The position numbers and the translations under genes were made by a program. This document shows positions 46,552 through 55,634 of a stretch of DNA of 64,000 nucleotides, in pieces. Source of the DNA: Myxococcota bacterium (GTDB lineage: Bacteria > Myxococcota_A > UBA796 > CAJQPC01); assembly GCA_036012755.1 (NCBI GenBank), contig DASCPX010000112.1, positions 26,436 to 90,435 of the forward strand, in the 5' to 3' direction. Within the stretch, counting starts at the first letter, position 1. Every line of letters begins with the position of its first letter. Below the pieces are notes generated by a model. It ran no database searches. It was not told the DNA's origin and saw only the letters and a list, made by a program, of their open reading frames with translations.

Positions 46552-47730
46552 ATGTTCTCGTTGTTGCTGGCCTGCGCCCAGCCGTTGGCGCCGGGTGAGT
46601 GGGGGACCATGCGGTGGTTCGCCGAGCTCAAGGGCGAGCAGCCGATGCGGCTCTTGCCTCCCGCTACGGACCGCGACGGCAACGCCTACGTGCTCTACGG
46701 CGACCGGGAAAACCCGGAGAGCTACGTCTTCACCGGTGGCGCCCTCGGCGGCTGGTCTGGCGGCTGTGACGCCCACCGGGGCAACCGCGGCCTCCACGGC
46801 TTCGTCGGTCGCAGCGACTCGCGCATGTGGTTCTGGAGCGGCGACGCCCTGAGCGTCGTGAGCGGCGAGACCGGAGCCTGTCGCGAGGTCCTCTCGGCGG
46901 ATCCGGTCACCGGGACCGGGCTCTACTTCCTGGGTGTGATCCCGCGGGTGAGCGAGACGCCATCTCATCGCTACCTGCCGGCGCTGGTCCAGGGGGCCAG
47001 CGACACGACGCCCTTCTACGTGACGATGGACCTCGACGAGGACCGTTACTTCGACGCCATCCGCTTCGAGCCCGAAGGAGTAGAGGCCGTCGCCGTCGCT
47101 GGTACGGGCGCCGATCCGGTGGCCGACGAAGGTGTCTTCGTCGTCACCTACACCCTGGGCGAGGGCAGCTTCACCCGCGCCATCTTCGTGGCCGGAGACG
47201 GGCGCAAGCGCCTGCGCACCCTGGACGTGCCAGAGGTGCTCGAAGAGGACGCGATCCTCGGCTTCGTGCAGTTCGCGGCGGACGGCGTCGGGGCAGCCCT
47301 GCTCGAGGACGGGCGGCTCTTGCGCATCGCCCGCGGCCAGGTGTTCATCGACGAGATCGTCGGCATCGAGCCCCATGGCGTGCAGACCTGGAATGGCTCG
47401 CTGTACCTCACCGGCCTGGTCGACGGCATGCCCTCCATCCAGAAGATCGAGGCCACCGGGGCCTCTGGCTCGAAGAACTGGACGGCCGCGCGGCAGGCCC
47501 AGGCGAACCTCGGCGAGGTCTCGGTGCTCGACGAGCGCAGCGACCCGGCCCTCACGACGGACTGGGCGGAGTCGAGCAGCGCTATAAGCGCGGGGGCGCT
47601 GTTGTCGCCCTGGCCCCTCGACGTCTACACGACCGACTCAACCAGCTGGCTGGTGGCGGGACCGGCCTACGAGGCTGGCGCGGAGCCCTTCACGGCGGTG
47701 GCCTTCGCGCCGGTGGGGGTGAGCTTCTGA
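46552..47730 (+). CDS. Hypothetical lipoprotein (beta-propeller-like)
   Basis: MFSLLLAC; co-oriented with and tightly spaced to its neighbours. Confidence 0.75.
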   Translation: MFSLLLACAQPLAPGEWGTMRWFAELKGEQPMRLLPPATDRDGNAYVLYGDRENPESYVFTGGALGGWSGGCDAHRGNRGLHGFVGRSDSRMWFWSGDALSVVSGETGACREVLSADPVTGTGLYFLGVIPRVSETPSHRYLPALVQGASDTTPFYVTMDLDEDRYFDAIRFEPEGVEAVAVAGTGADPVADEGVFVVTYTLGEGSFTRAIFVAGDGRKRLRTLDVPEVLEEDAILGFVQFAADGVGAALLEDGRLLRIARGQVFIDEIVGIEPHGVQTWNGSLYLTGLVDGMPSIQKIEATGASGSKNWTAARQAQANLGEVSVLDERSDPALTTDWAESSSAISAGALLSPWPLDVYTTDSTSWLVAGPAYEAGAEPFTAVAFAPVGVSF

Positions 47731-48806
47731 TGCTGTGGCTGGTCCCCGCGGCGCTGTCCGCGGACATCGACGCCTGGGTGCGGCCCTCTGCAGAGGCCGT
47801 GGTGCGCCCTGATGCCATCCCAGAGGACCAGCTCCAGGTCGGGACCAGCGCGGCCAACGCCGGCCTCGTCGTGACCGGAGACGCGAGCGAGACCGTCAGC
47901 GGCACGGTCTACCTCTTGCTGTCCCGGGACGTGGTCGAGGCCGTCACGGCCGTCAGCGCCGTCGACCAGGACAACAACGGCTCCATCGACGGCGTCGCCA
48001 CCTCGACCCGCTCGGTGGCCTCGTCGCTGGTGCGCGAGGCCAGCCTGACCTGGGCACCGACGGAGTCCTTGGCGCTCAAGGGCGGCCACATGCCGATCCC
48101 CTTCACGTCCCAGTCCCAGTCGGCGGACACGGCGCTTCTGTTCGCGACGCGCTCCGGGCCGACCTCCGAGTTCATCGCCGACGACGACCTCGGCGTGCTC
48201 GCCCTCGGGTCGCTGGTCGATGTGGCCACCGTGCAGGGCGGGGCCTTCCTCGGCTCGGCCTCTGGGGAGCACCTCCCCGCCGGGACCCGAGGCGGGCTGT
48301 ACCTGGCCCGGGTCGACGTGCATCCCTTGGGAGATTTCGACTTCGACGAGACCGTTGGCGTCGATCAGCCCCTCCGCATCGGCCTTGGCGCGGGGCTGGC
48401 CTGGCACCCCTACGTGGGCTTCGACACAGCCGGCTACGAGGCGATCCGCGTCAACGACGTCCGGGCCGCGGGCTCCGCGCGCATCGGTGTCGCCGGCTTC
48501 TCTGCTGGGGCAGAGGTGCTCTGGCGCGAAGAGACCAACGACCTGAACCACCGCCCCAACGAGGCCCTGGGCGGCTACCTCCAGGCGGGCTTCCACAGCG
48601 CCGTGGGCCTGGAGCCCGTGGTGCGCATCGGCCTCACGGAAGAGGACCGGAGCTTCGACACCCGCCGCACCCGCTGGCTGGACATCGGCGCGAACTGGTA
48701 CGCCTCGGAGCGCGTGAAGCTCTCGGCCCAGTACCTCGGAGAGCACCGCCTGACGGAGGGCGAGCTGGCTCACGGAGGGCGGCTGGCGCTGCAAGCGGAG
48801 CTGTAG
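47730..48806 (+). CDS. Outer-membrane porin (OprO/P-like)
   Basis: TGATG overlap; MLWLVPAALSA; REASLTW...GHMPIPF...LLFATRS; GANWY; ends LALQAEL. Confidence 0.7.
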   Translation: MLWLVPAALSADIDAWVRPSAEAVVRPDAIPEDQLQVGTSAANAGLVVTGDASETVSGTVYLLLSRDVVEAVTAVSAVDQDNNGSIDGVATSTRSVASSLVREASLTWAPTESLALKGGHMPIPFTSQSQSADTALLFATRSGPTSEFIADDDLGVLALGSLVDVATVQGGAFLGSASGEHLPAGTRGGLYLARVDVHPLGDFDFDETVGVDQPLRIGLGAGLAWHPYVGFDTAGYEAIRVNDVRAAGSARIGVAGFSAGAEVLWREETNDLNHRPNEALGGYLQAGFHSAVGLEPVVRIGLTEEDRSFDTRRTRWLDIGANWYASERVKLSAQYLGEHRLTEGELAHGGRLALQAEL

Positions 48807-48852
48807 GGCGCGAATCGGTGGAGGCGCGTCGCACCGTCGCTGTAGCGGGCGT

Positions 48853-49635
48853 TCAGCGCTTCCTCAAGTGGAACGCCCAGCTGTTGCCGTCTTCGTTGGT
48901 GGCGATGCCGAACATCTGGTCCGGCCAGGTGGCCACCGCGACGTGCTCCACCGCCATGTCGTTGACCCAGAAGTGGACGACGCCGTCGCTGGCCTTCCAG
49001 GTGTTGAACTCGGTCGGCAGGGTGACCTCGAGGGTGCCGTCGTGGTTGAAGGTCAGTTCGAGGTCGACGGGCTGGTCGGGGTCGAGGTCCTCGAGCCGCC
49101 AGCTCGTGCCGGCGAGGTCCGCGCGGAGGTAGCCGTCCTCTGGGAGCTCGTCTGGAGCCTGGATCTTGGTGGCCCCGGGAGCCTGGCGGATCAGCGCGAA
49201 GCCCCAGGTGTCCTCTGCGTTGCTGGCAGTGCCGCGGACCAGGTTCAGGTCCGTGAAGACGCCTCGGTACTCGACGAAGCCGTCGTTCATGGAGAGCGTG
49301 ACGACCGCGCCGTCCTGGCCCCAACCGTCGTTGTCCTTGGTCGTGTCCGCGGGGTTGTGCAGCATCGCCACGCCGTCTTCGAGGAACTCGACCTCGTAGG
49401 CGTACTGACCGTCGGGCGCGCTGTAGTACAGCGTCCACGGGCTCGTGCTGACGTCCAGCGCCGGGGGAGCGCTGGTGGGAGTGTCACCGGACTCGGGGGT
49501 GCTGAACTCGGAGGTCGGGATCTCCTCTGTCCTCGGCAGGTCCCGCAGGGCGAGGGGCGGAATGGGCTCGTCGGGCACCTCGCGGCGGTGGGCCGCGAAG
49601 TCCGGGTACTTCACACATGCGAGGAGGAACAACAC
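48853..49635 (-). CDS. Hypothetical lipoprotein with two tandem beta-domains
   Basis: MLFLLAC; internal duplication (F..DG...W...G.V...ND...G.A.N....W.F.L.R). Confidence 0.75.
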   Translation of the reverse strand: MLFLLACVKYPDFAAHRREVPDEPIPPLALRDLPRTEEIPTSEFSTPESGDTPTSAPPALDVSTSPWTLYYSAPDGQYAYEVEFLEDGVAMLHNPADTTKDNDGWGQDGAVVTLSMNDGFVEYRGVFTDLNLVRGTASNAEDTWGFALIRQAPGATKIQAPDELPEDGYLRADLAGTSWRLEDLDPDQPVDLELTFNHDGTLEVTLPTEFNTWKASDGVVHFWVNDMAVEHVAVATWPDQMFGIATNEDGNSWAFHLRKR

Positions 49636-49645
49636 AGCCGAGAGC

Positions 49646-51061
49646 TTACTCGTCGAGGCCGTAGCGCGCCGCGAGGTCCGTCCGCAGCACGCGCTGTGGA
49701 TCGACCTCGGCGCGCAGCTCGTTGAAGGCCGAGATGCGCTCCTGGCCCCAGGCTCGCTGGAAGTGGTGGGGCTGGAGGATGAGGTCCTTGGCCGGGTAGA
49801 AGCGCCCGCCGGCTTCGAGCACCATGTCCGAGAACTCCCTGCACATCTGCCAGAGGTGCTTCTTGTTGTCCCGGGTCACGGGGTAGTCCAGCGCGAACGA
49901 GTAGCCGTCCAGCGCGTGGGAGAGCAGGAAGTCGTCCGGGCGATAGCGCTTGATCACGCCGAGGTAGCTGACGATCCCTCGCCGCTTGCTGATGCGCAGG
50001 ATCTCGCCGAAGACCTCGCGCGCGTGCTCCTTCGGCACGAAGGGCTGGTACTGGATGAAGCCGCCGGGGTCATAGGCGTTGCGGAAGCCCGGCATCTGGT
50101 CGAGCAGGAAGTGGAAGCCGGCGTGGCTCTGGTAGTGGGGGCGCGTGTCGCCATGGCGCGAGGCCAGGTACTTGAGCTGGTTGGTGAGCTGGACGCCGTA
50201 GTTGGAGCTGTAGAAGATCTTCAGCATCGTGGGCACCAGGGGCATCGGCACGCCCATCATCGAGCCCGGCAGCTTCTGGGCCGCGAGCGACAGGGTCTCT
50301 GTGGCCTCCGGGTCCTCGCCGGGCTTCACGTAGCAGGCCCGGTGGAGCTGGCCCCTGCCCGCGGGGCTGGAGCCGAAACCGAAGCAGTCGACCCACGAGA
50401 CGAAGTAGTCGTTGCCTGGCGCCTGCTCGAAGGCCGCGAACTGACCGTCGAGGTCGGGCACCGACCGCTGCTGGACGAGCAGGCGTCCCCCGTGGACGCG
50501 CTTGAGCTTCAGCTTCACCCGCGTGATGGCGCCGAGCATGCCGAAGCCCGAGATCACGGCGTGGAAGAGCTCCGGGCGAAGCTCCCGCGACAGGGTCAGG
50601 AGCTCTCCGCCAGGGGTGACCAGATCCAGCTCGAGGATGTGGTCGCCGATGCCGCCCAGGGCGTAGTGGTTCTTGCCGTGCACGTTCATCGAGGCGCAGC
50701 CGGCCAGGGTCGGCCAGCTCGTGCCGGGGACGATGGGGGGCCACCAGCCATCGGGCAGGGTGTGGTGCCAGAGCTCCTGGATCGTCAGGCCGGGCTCGGT
50801 CTCGATGACCCCGGCCTCCGGATCCCAGGACAGCACGCCCTTCATGCGGCGCATGTCGAGGATGAGCTCGCCGGTGTTGAGCGCCGCGTCGCCGTAGCTT
50901 CGTCCAGATCCGCGCATCGCCACGCGCACGCCCTCTTCGGAGGCGCGGGAGAACAGCGCCGCGACCTCGTCGGCGGTGCGGGGCTGGGCATAGACCGAGA
51001 GCCCGAAGGACGCGAGGCCGAAGCCGTCGAAGACTCGACGGGGCAGCTCGTGCTTGAGCAT
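49646..51061 (-). CDS. FAD-linked oxidase, DprE1-like
   Basis: RGSGRSYGDAALN, PGT..TLAG...NVHGKNH, FIQYQ, GYSFALD, GGRFYPAKD. Confidence 0.85.
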   Translation of the reverse strand: MLKHELPRRVFDGFGLASFGLSVYAQPRTADEVAALFSRASEEGVRVAMRGSGRSYGDAALNTGELILDMRRMKGVLSWDPEAGVIETEPGLTIQELWHHTLPDGWWPPIVPGTSWPTLAGCASMNVHGKNHYALGGIGDHILELDLVTPGGELLTLSRELRPELFHAVISGFGMLGAITRVKLKLKRVHGGRLLVQQRSVPDLDGQFAAFEQAPGNDYFVSWVDCFGFGSSPAGRGQLHRACYVKPGEDPEATETLSLAAQKLPGSMMGVPMPLVPTMLKIFYSSNYGVQLTNQLKYLASRHGDTRPHYQSHAGFHFLLDQMPGFRNAYDPGGFIQYQPFVPKEHAREVFGEILRISKRRGIVSYLGVIKRYRPDDFLLSHALDGYSFALDYPVTRDNKKHLWQMCREFSDMVLEAGGRFYPAKDLILQPHHFQRAWGQERISAFNELRAEVDPQRVLRTDLAARYGLDE

Positions 51062-51786
51062 CAGACGTTCGTCTTACGGAAGATGAAGCTCGGAACGGCC
51101 TTGATGATCGACATGATCGGCCACCAGATGAGGGGGACGTAGCCCTCGCCAGTGCCGCGGTGGGCGAGCTTCAGGACGCCAGCGGCGGCCTCGTCGGCGT
51201 CGATCATGAAGGGGAGCTGCATCCCTTCGGTCATGGGGGTCCTCACCGGGCCCGGCTTCACCGTCACGACCTCTACGCCATAGCGGTGGCAGCGATTGCG
51301 CAGGGCCTCCATGTAGGCCGTCAGGCCGGCCTTGCTGGCGGTGTAGACCGGGGCGCCTCTGCGGCCCCGCTCTCCGGCGACGCTGGAGATGCCCACGAGC
51401 GTGCCGCTCCGCTGGGCCTCCATGTGTCCGGCGCCGAGGTCCAGCCAGCGCACGGCGCCGAGCAGGTTGACCTCGAGCATCGCCCGGTCTTTTTCGAAGT
51501 TGTACTCCCCCTCTTCCACCTCTGGCATGACGCCGGCGCAGTAGACGAGCAGGTCGAGACCGCCGAGGCGCTCGACGAGGTCATCGAAGAGTGCAGGCGC
51601 CGCCTCGTAGTCCAGCACGTCGTGCTCGGCGACGATGACCTCTCCGGCGGCTCTGTTCGCGAGGGCGTCGAGGCGCTCCTTGCGCCTGGCGATGGCGGCG
51701 ACGGCAGCGCCCTGTGCGGTGAGCTGCAGCACGAGCTGCTCGCCTATTCCCGAACTCGCACCGACGACGATTGCGCGATTGAACAT
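51061..51786 (-). CDS. Short-chain dehydrogenase, DprE2-like
   Basis: GASSGIG, SSVAGERGR, YTASK, VKPGPVRTPMT; TGATG coupling to the DprE1-like gene. Confidence 0.85.
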   Translation of the reverse strand: MFNRAIVVGASSGIGEQLVLQLTAQGAAVAAIARRKERLDALANRAAGEVIVAEHDVLDYEAAPALFDDLVERLGGLDLLVYCAGVMPEVEEGEYNFEKDRAMLEVNLLGAVRWLDLGAGHMEAQRSGTLVGISSVAGERGRRGAPVYTASKAGLTAYMEALRNRCHRYGVEVVTVKPGPVRTPMTEGMQLPFMIDADEAAAGVLKLAHRGTGEGYVPLIWWPIMSIIKAVPSFIFRKTNV

Positions 51787-51806
51787 GGCGGGCTCTTAGC
51801 CTGTTG

Positions 51807-53354
51807 TCACCGGCTCGAGCGCTGGACCCTCACGACCTTGCCTCGAATCTCGATTCGGTCGATCCGATCGATGACCTGCGCGGCGAGGACCTCTGGCATG
51901 CAGACGAAGCTCTTGTCGTAGCGGACCTCGATGCGGCCGATGCGCACGCCGGGGATGTTGGCCTCGTTGGCGAGGGCTCCGACGAGGTCGCCGGGCCGCA
52001 CTCCGTGCTTCTTGCCCACCGGCAGGTAGAGCTCCGATTCGTTCTGGTTCTCGTCGGGGGGAGGGGCCTCGATCACGCCGCCTTCGGCCTTGGTCATGAG
52101 CGTCAGGGCCGCGACGGCGAGGCGCTCGTGGGTCCAGCCGGCCTCGATGAGCTGCTCGACGAGCTCCTTGGCGTGCTCTCCAGCTGCCTCCAGGCGCTCT
52201 CCAAGCCTCTCTCGCTGGCGACGGGCGAGGACGTCGTCGGTGGGAGCGCCCACCCGGGCGATGTTCACCCCGAGCTCGCGAGCCAGGCCCCGGATGCGCT
52301 TCTGCTGGATCGGCGTGACGAACGAGATGGCGCGGCCCTGGGCTCCGGCCCGGCCCGTGCGCCCGATGCGATGCACGTAGGACTCGGTGTCGGTCGGCAG
52401 GTCCAGGTTGATGACGTGGGTGATGTGGTCCACGTCCAGACCCCGGGCGGCGATGTCCGTCGCCACCACCACGTCCAGCTCCTTGTTGCGCAGGCGCCGC
52501 ACGACGCGCTCGCGGGCTGGCTGGGAGAGATCCGAGTTGAGCGCCGCGGCGGAGATCCCGACCTTGTCGAGGGCCTCTGCGGCTCGGGCGCAGTCGGCCT
52601 TCGTGCGCGCAAAGACCAAGGTGGTGCCTCGGTGAAGTGCGGCGAGCACACGGATCAAGAGCGCCAGCTTCTTCCTGTGCGGCGTGTGGATCCAGATCTG
52701 GTCGATGTGGTCGACCGAGAGGGCGCGCTCCTCGACCTGCAGCTCGACCGGGTCGACGAGGTGCTCCTCCGCCACGCGGCGGATCGCGTTCGGCATCGTC
52801 GCGGAGAACAGCGCCACCTGTCGGCCCTCGGGCGTCGCCGAGAGGATGTGGCGCACGTCGTCGATGAAGCCCATGCGCAGCATCTCGTCGGCTTCGTCGA
52901 GGACGACGACCTCGATGTGCGAGGTGTCCACCCGGTCCCGCTCCATCAGGTCGATGAGGCGACCGGGCGTCGCGACGACGACCGTGGCCTTCTTCAGCGC
53001 CGTGATCTGGGGCCCATAGGGCGCGCCGCCATAGATCGTGGCTCCGTGGATGGGCAGATCCCCGCACATGGAGCGGATCGCGCGAGAGGTCTGCTGGGCC
53101 AGCTCCCGAGTCGGCGCGAGCACCAGCGCCCGCGGCTTGCGTCCGCCATCCTTGAGGCGATGGAGGATCGGCAGGGCGAAGGCCGCGGTCTTTCCGCTCC
53201 CGGTCCGGGCGCGCCCGATGACGTCGCGGCCCTCCATCATCGGGGGAATGACCGCCGACTGGATGGGGGTCGGCGTCGAGAAGCCAAGGCGCTCGCAAGC
53301 AGCGAGCAGGCTCGGGTCCAGGGGGAGGTCGGAAAAGGGCGTCAGCTCAGAGAT
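51807..53354 (-). CDS. DEAD-box RNA helicase (DeaD/CshA-like, DbpA-type C-terminal domain)
   Basis: Q motif (FSDL...LGFSTPTPIQ) lies upstream of the first ATG (53240); ARTGSGKT, PTRELA, DEAD, SAT, HRIGRTGR; start placed at ATC 53354 by inference. Confidence 0.9.
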   Translation of the reverse strand: MSELTPFSDLPLDPSLLAACERLGFSTPTPIQSAVIPPMMEGRDVIGRARTGSGKTAAFALPILHRLKDGGRKPRALVLAPTRELAQQTSRAIRSMCGDLPIHGATIYGGAPYGPQITALKKATVVVATPGRLIDLMERDRVDTSHIEVVVLDEADEMLRMGFIDDVRHILSATPEGRQVALFSATMPNAIRRVAEEHLVDPVELQVEERALSVDHIDQIWIHTPHRKKLALLIRVLAALHRGTTLVFARTKADCARAAEALDKVGISAAALNSDLSQPARERVVRRLRNKELDVVVATDIAARGLDVDHITHVINLDLPTDTESYVHRIGRTGRAGAQGRAISFVTPIQQKRIRGLARELGVNIARVGAPTDDVLARRQRERLGERLEAAGEHAKELVEQLIEAGWTHERLAVAALTLMTKAEGGVIEAPPPDENQNESELYLPVGKKHGVRPGDLVGALANEANIPGVRIGRIEVRYDKSFVCMPEVLAAQVIDRIDRIEIRGKVVRVQRSSR

Positions 53355-53370
53355 GGCGCCGGATAACGCG

Positions 53371-55176
53371 TCAGCGCACCTCTACGACGTCTTCGCCGAC
53401 AATGAGCTGGAAGCTCCGCCCCGCGGCATCTCCCCGGGTGACCTCGGCCAGCAGCCTGACGTCCGAGGAATAGTCCCCCCCCACAGTCGCCGAGATCTCC
53501 AGGTAGTGGGCGCACTTGGAGTCCATGCTGTAGCCGAGCTCGTCGAGGTCCTCGCTGAAGCGATCGAAGGCGGCCTCGTAGCCGAGTTCGGCCTTCTCGA
53601 GGCCGCGGAGTTCGCTGTAGACGCAGCCGAGCACCCCGGTCTCGTCGAGCTGAGGGACGAGGTTTCCGCCCTCGAGCGCGACCGTCGTGTTCTCGGTCGG
53701 TGCCTGTTCGGGCATCCAGGTGTCGCGGTTTCCGAGGACCCCCGGCCCCTCCAGGAAGGCGGCGATGCCGTCTTCGTCGAGGCGCTCGAGCTCGTACTGG
53801 TCGTGGTCCTTGATCTGCTGACCGAAGCGCCGGCCCCGGTGCTCGCCGCGGGTGACGAGGGCCTGCAGCGGGTAGGGATCCTCGTGGTCGATGACGTAGG
53901 CCACCCACAGCGAGGCGGGCGCCTCTGGCTCCCAGCCCCCCTCCTCCAGGCTGGACGGCCAGCCGTCGAAGGCCGAGTCGTAGGCCAGGCAGGCCGTCCT
54001 CATGCCGTAGAGGCCGCCGCTGACGGCTCCAAGGACCCCGGCTTCGTCCAGCAGGGGGAGGAGCGACCCGTCCGGCGCCGTCACGATGCCGGTGGGGTTG
54101 GTCTTGCTGCGGCTTCCCAGCAGCCGGACCGGCTCCGCGGTGACCTCCGAGACCTCTGGGACCTCTGGAACCTCGGGGACGATCGGCGTGGCCGGGGTCC
54201 CAGCAGGGCCCGCAGCGGGCGGCGGAGCGCTGGCGTCCAGGAGCGCGTAGGTCACGCCGAGGGCCATCAGCAGCCCGGCGACACCCAGGGCGATGGCCAC
54301 CGAGCGCCCCCTGCTCCTGGGGGCAGGCAGGCCGACGCCGGTCTTCAGGGCCTGGCGCAGCCCGGCCACCTCCTTCGCGAGCCCATCGGCGTCGCGCGGC
54401 CGCATGCCGGGGTCCGGCTCCAGCATGCGCTCGAGCAGGGCTTCGACGGCGTGGTGTACGTCGAGCTCGGGCCCCCAGCGCATCGCACCCGACCAGTCCA
54501 TGAGCCTGGCCGGGTCCTTTCGGGACAGGAGCGCCACCGCCAGCGCGCCCAGCCCGTAGATGTCCGTCGCTGGCGAGGCGTCACCGCGGAGCTGCTCGGG
54601 GGCCATGTAGCCGAAGGTCCCGGCGACCGTGCTGCCGCCGAGCTCCGGGTCGCGCAGGGCGTCCCTGACGGAGCCGAAGTCCACCAGCACCAGCCCCCTG
54701 TCGCTGCGGATGACGTTGCTGGGCTTGAGGTCCCGGTGGATGACCGGCGGGCTGCGCCCGTGGAGATAGGCGAGCACGCCGAGGAGCTCTTCGACGATGG
54801 CGAGGACCTCGTCGACCTCGAAGCGTGTCTCAGCCAGCTCCTGGGCCAGGGTCGGGCCCTCGACGAACTCCTGCACCAGGTAGAGGCGACCGCCCAGGGC
54901 GAAGCTCTCGATGGCCCGGACCACCTGGGCATGGTCCAGCTGGGAGAGCACCGCGGCCTCGCGCCTGGCGAGCTCGACCGTCTTGCCGTCCGGGTGGACC
55001 AGCGGCATGTCCTTGACCGCCACGGCACGGCCATCGTGTGTCGCTCGGTAGACCACCCCCATCGCCCCTCGGCCGAGGACCTCGTCGAGCCGGATGCGGC
55101 CGTCCAGCAGCACGGGCTCGCCGCAACAGCAGCAGGGGTCCGTCTGGCTGGGTCGGCGGCAGGCAGCGCAGATCAC
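53371..55176 (-). CDS. Membrane Ser/Thr protein kinase with N-terminal Zn-ribbon and duplicated extracellular domain
   Basis: GTGA overlap; CAAC...CCCC; GRGAMG, HRDLKPSN, DFG, GTFGYMAPE; one TM helix. Confidence 0.9.
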   Translation of the reverse strand: MICAACRRPSQTDPCCCCGEPVLLDGRIRLDEVLGRGAMGVVYRATHDGRAVAVKDMPLVHPDGKTVELARREAAVLSQLDHAQVVRAIESFALGGRLYLVQEFVEGPTLAQELAETRFEVDEVLAIVEELLGVLAYLHGRSPPVIHRDLKPSNVIRSDRGLVLVDFGSVRDALRDPELGGSTVAGTFGYMAPEQLRGDASPATDIYGLGALAVALLSRKDPARLMDWSGAMRWGPELDVHHAVEALLERMLEPDPGMRPRDADGLAKEVAGLRQALKTGVGLPAPRSRGRSVAIALGVAGLLMALGVTYALLDASAPPPAAGPAGTPATPIVPEVPEVPEVSEVTAEPVRLLGSRSKTNPTGIVTAPDGSLLPLLDEAGVLGAVSGGLYGMRTACLAYDSAFDGWPSSLEEGGWEPEAPASLWVAYVIDHEDPYPLQALVTRGEHRGRRFGQQIKDHDQYELERLDEDGIAAFLEGPGVLGNRDTWMPEQAPTENTTVALEGGNLVPQLDETGVLGCVYSELRGLEKAELGYEAAFDRFSEDLDELGYSMDSKCAHYLEISATVGGDYSSDVRLLAEVTRGDAAGRSFQLIVGEDVVEVR

Positions 55177-55634
55177 GAGCGGAGCATCTCCTGTCGAGGG
55201 AGGGGGAGCAAGGGCTGTCGTCCCGGTACGAAGAGAGGGTGACGGGGATGGCCCCCCTTCGTGAGACCGAGGCAGAAGACCTCGGTTCCTTCCAGCAGGG
55301 CGAGGACCTCCTGGTCCCGTCCGCGCCAGGCGCCGTGCACACCCCAGGCAGCGATGACCTTGTCGGCCTCTGCCACCGCAGCCGAGATGGCGTCGTCGTT
55401 GCGCGCGTCCCCGCCCGGACGGGCGCGTTTCCGAAGGTCGGCTGGCTTCGTCGCCCTCGCGGACCACAGGTTGACGACGACCAGGCGCTCGAAGCCCCAG
55501 CGTCCTGAGAAGCCCTCCACCCGCCGGATCGTGGGGTCGCTGCGGACCTCGTCTGCTACCGAGGGGTTGAGCATGATCCAGGTCACTGCGGTCGCCCCCG
55601 GTGTGCCTCGGGTGAGGCGGTACCTGTGACTCAA
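55173..55634 (-). CDS. DUF1643-family protein
   Basis: TTGA overlap; YRLTR, MLNPS.AD...DPTIRR, NL...RAT.P, AAWG, TKGGHPRHPL. Confidence 0.85.
   Translation of the reverse strand: MSHRYRLTRGTPGATAVTWIMLNPSVADEVRSDPTIRRVEGFSGRWGFERLVVVNLWSARATKPADLRKRARPGGDARNDDAISAAVAEADKVIAAWGVHGAWRGRDQEVLALLEGTEVFCLGLTKGGHPRHPLFVPGRQPLLPLPRQEMLRS

Noticed and set aside
43656..46682. 1008-aa ORF ending in an ABC ATPase
   Set aside because: The first ~780 aa are antisense to the 44421 lipoprotein. The ATPase starts near 44327.
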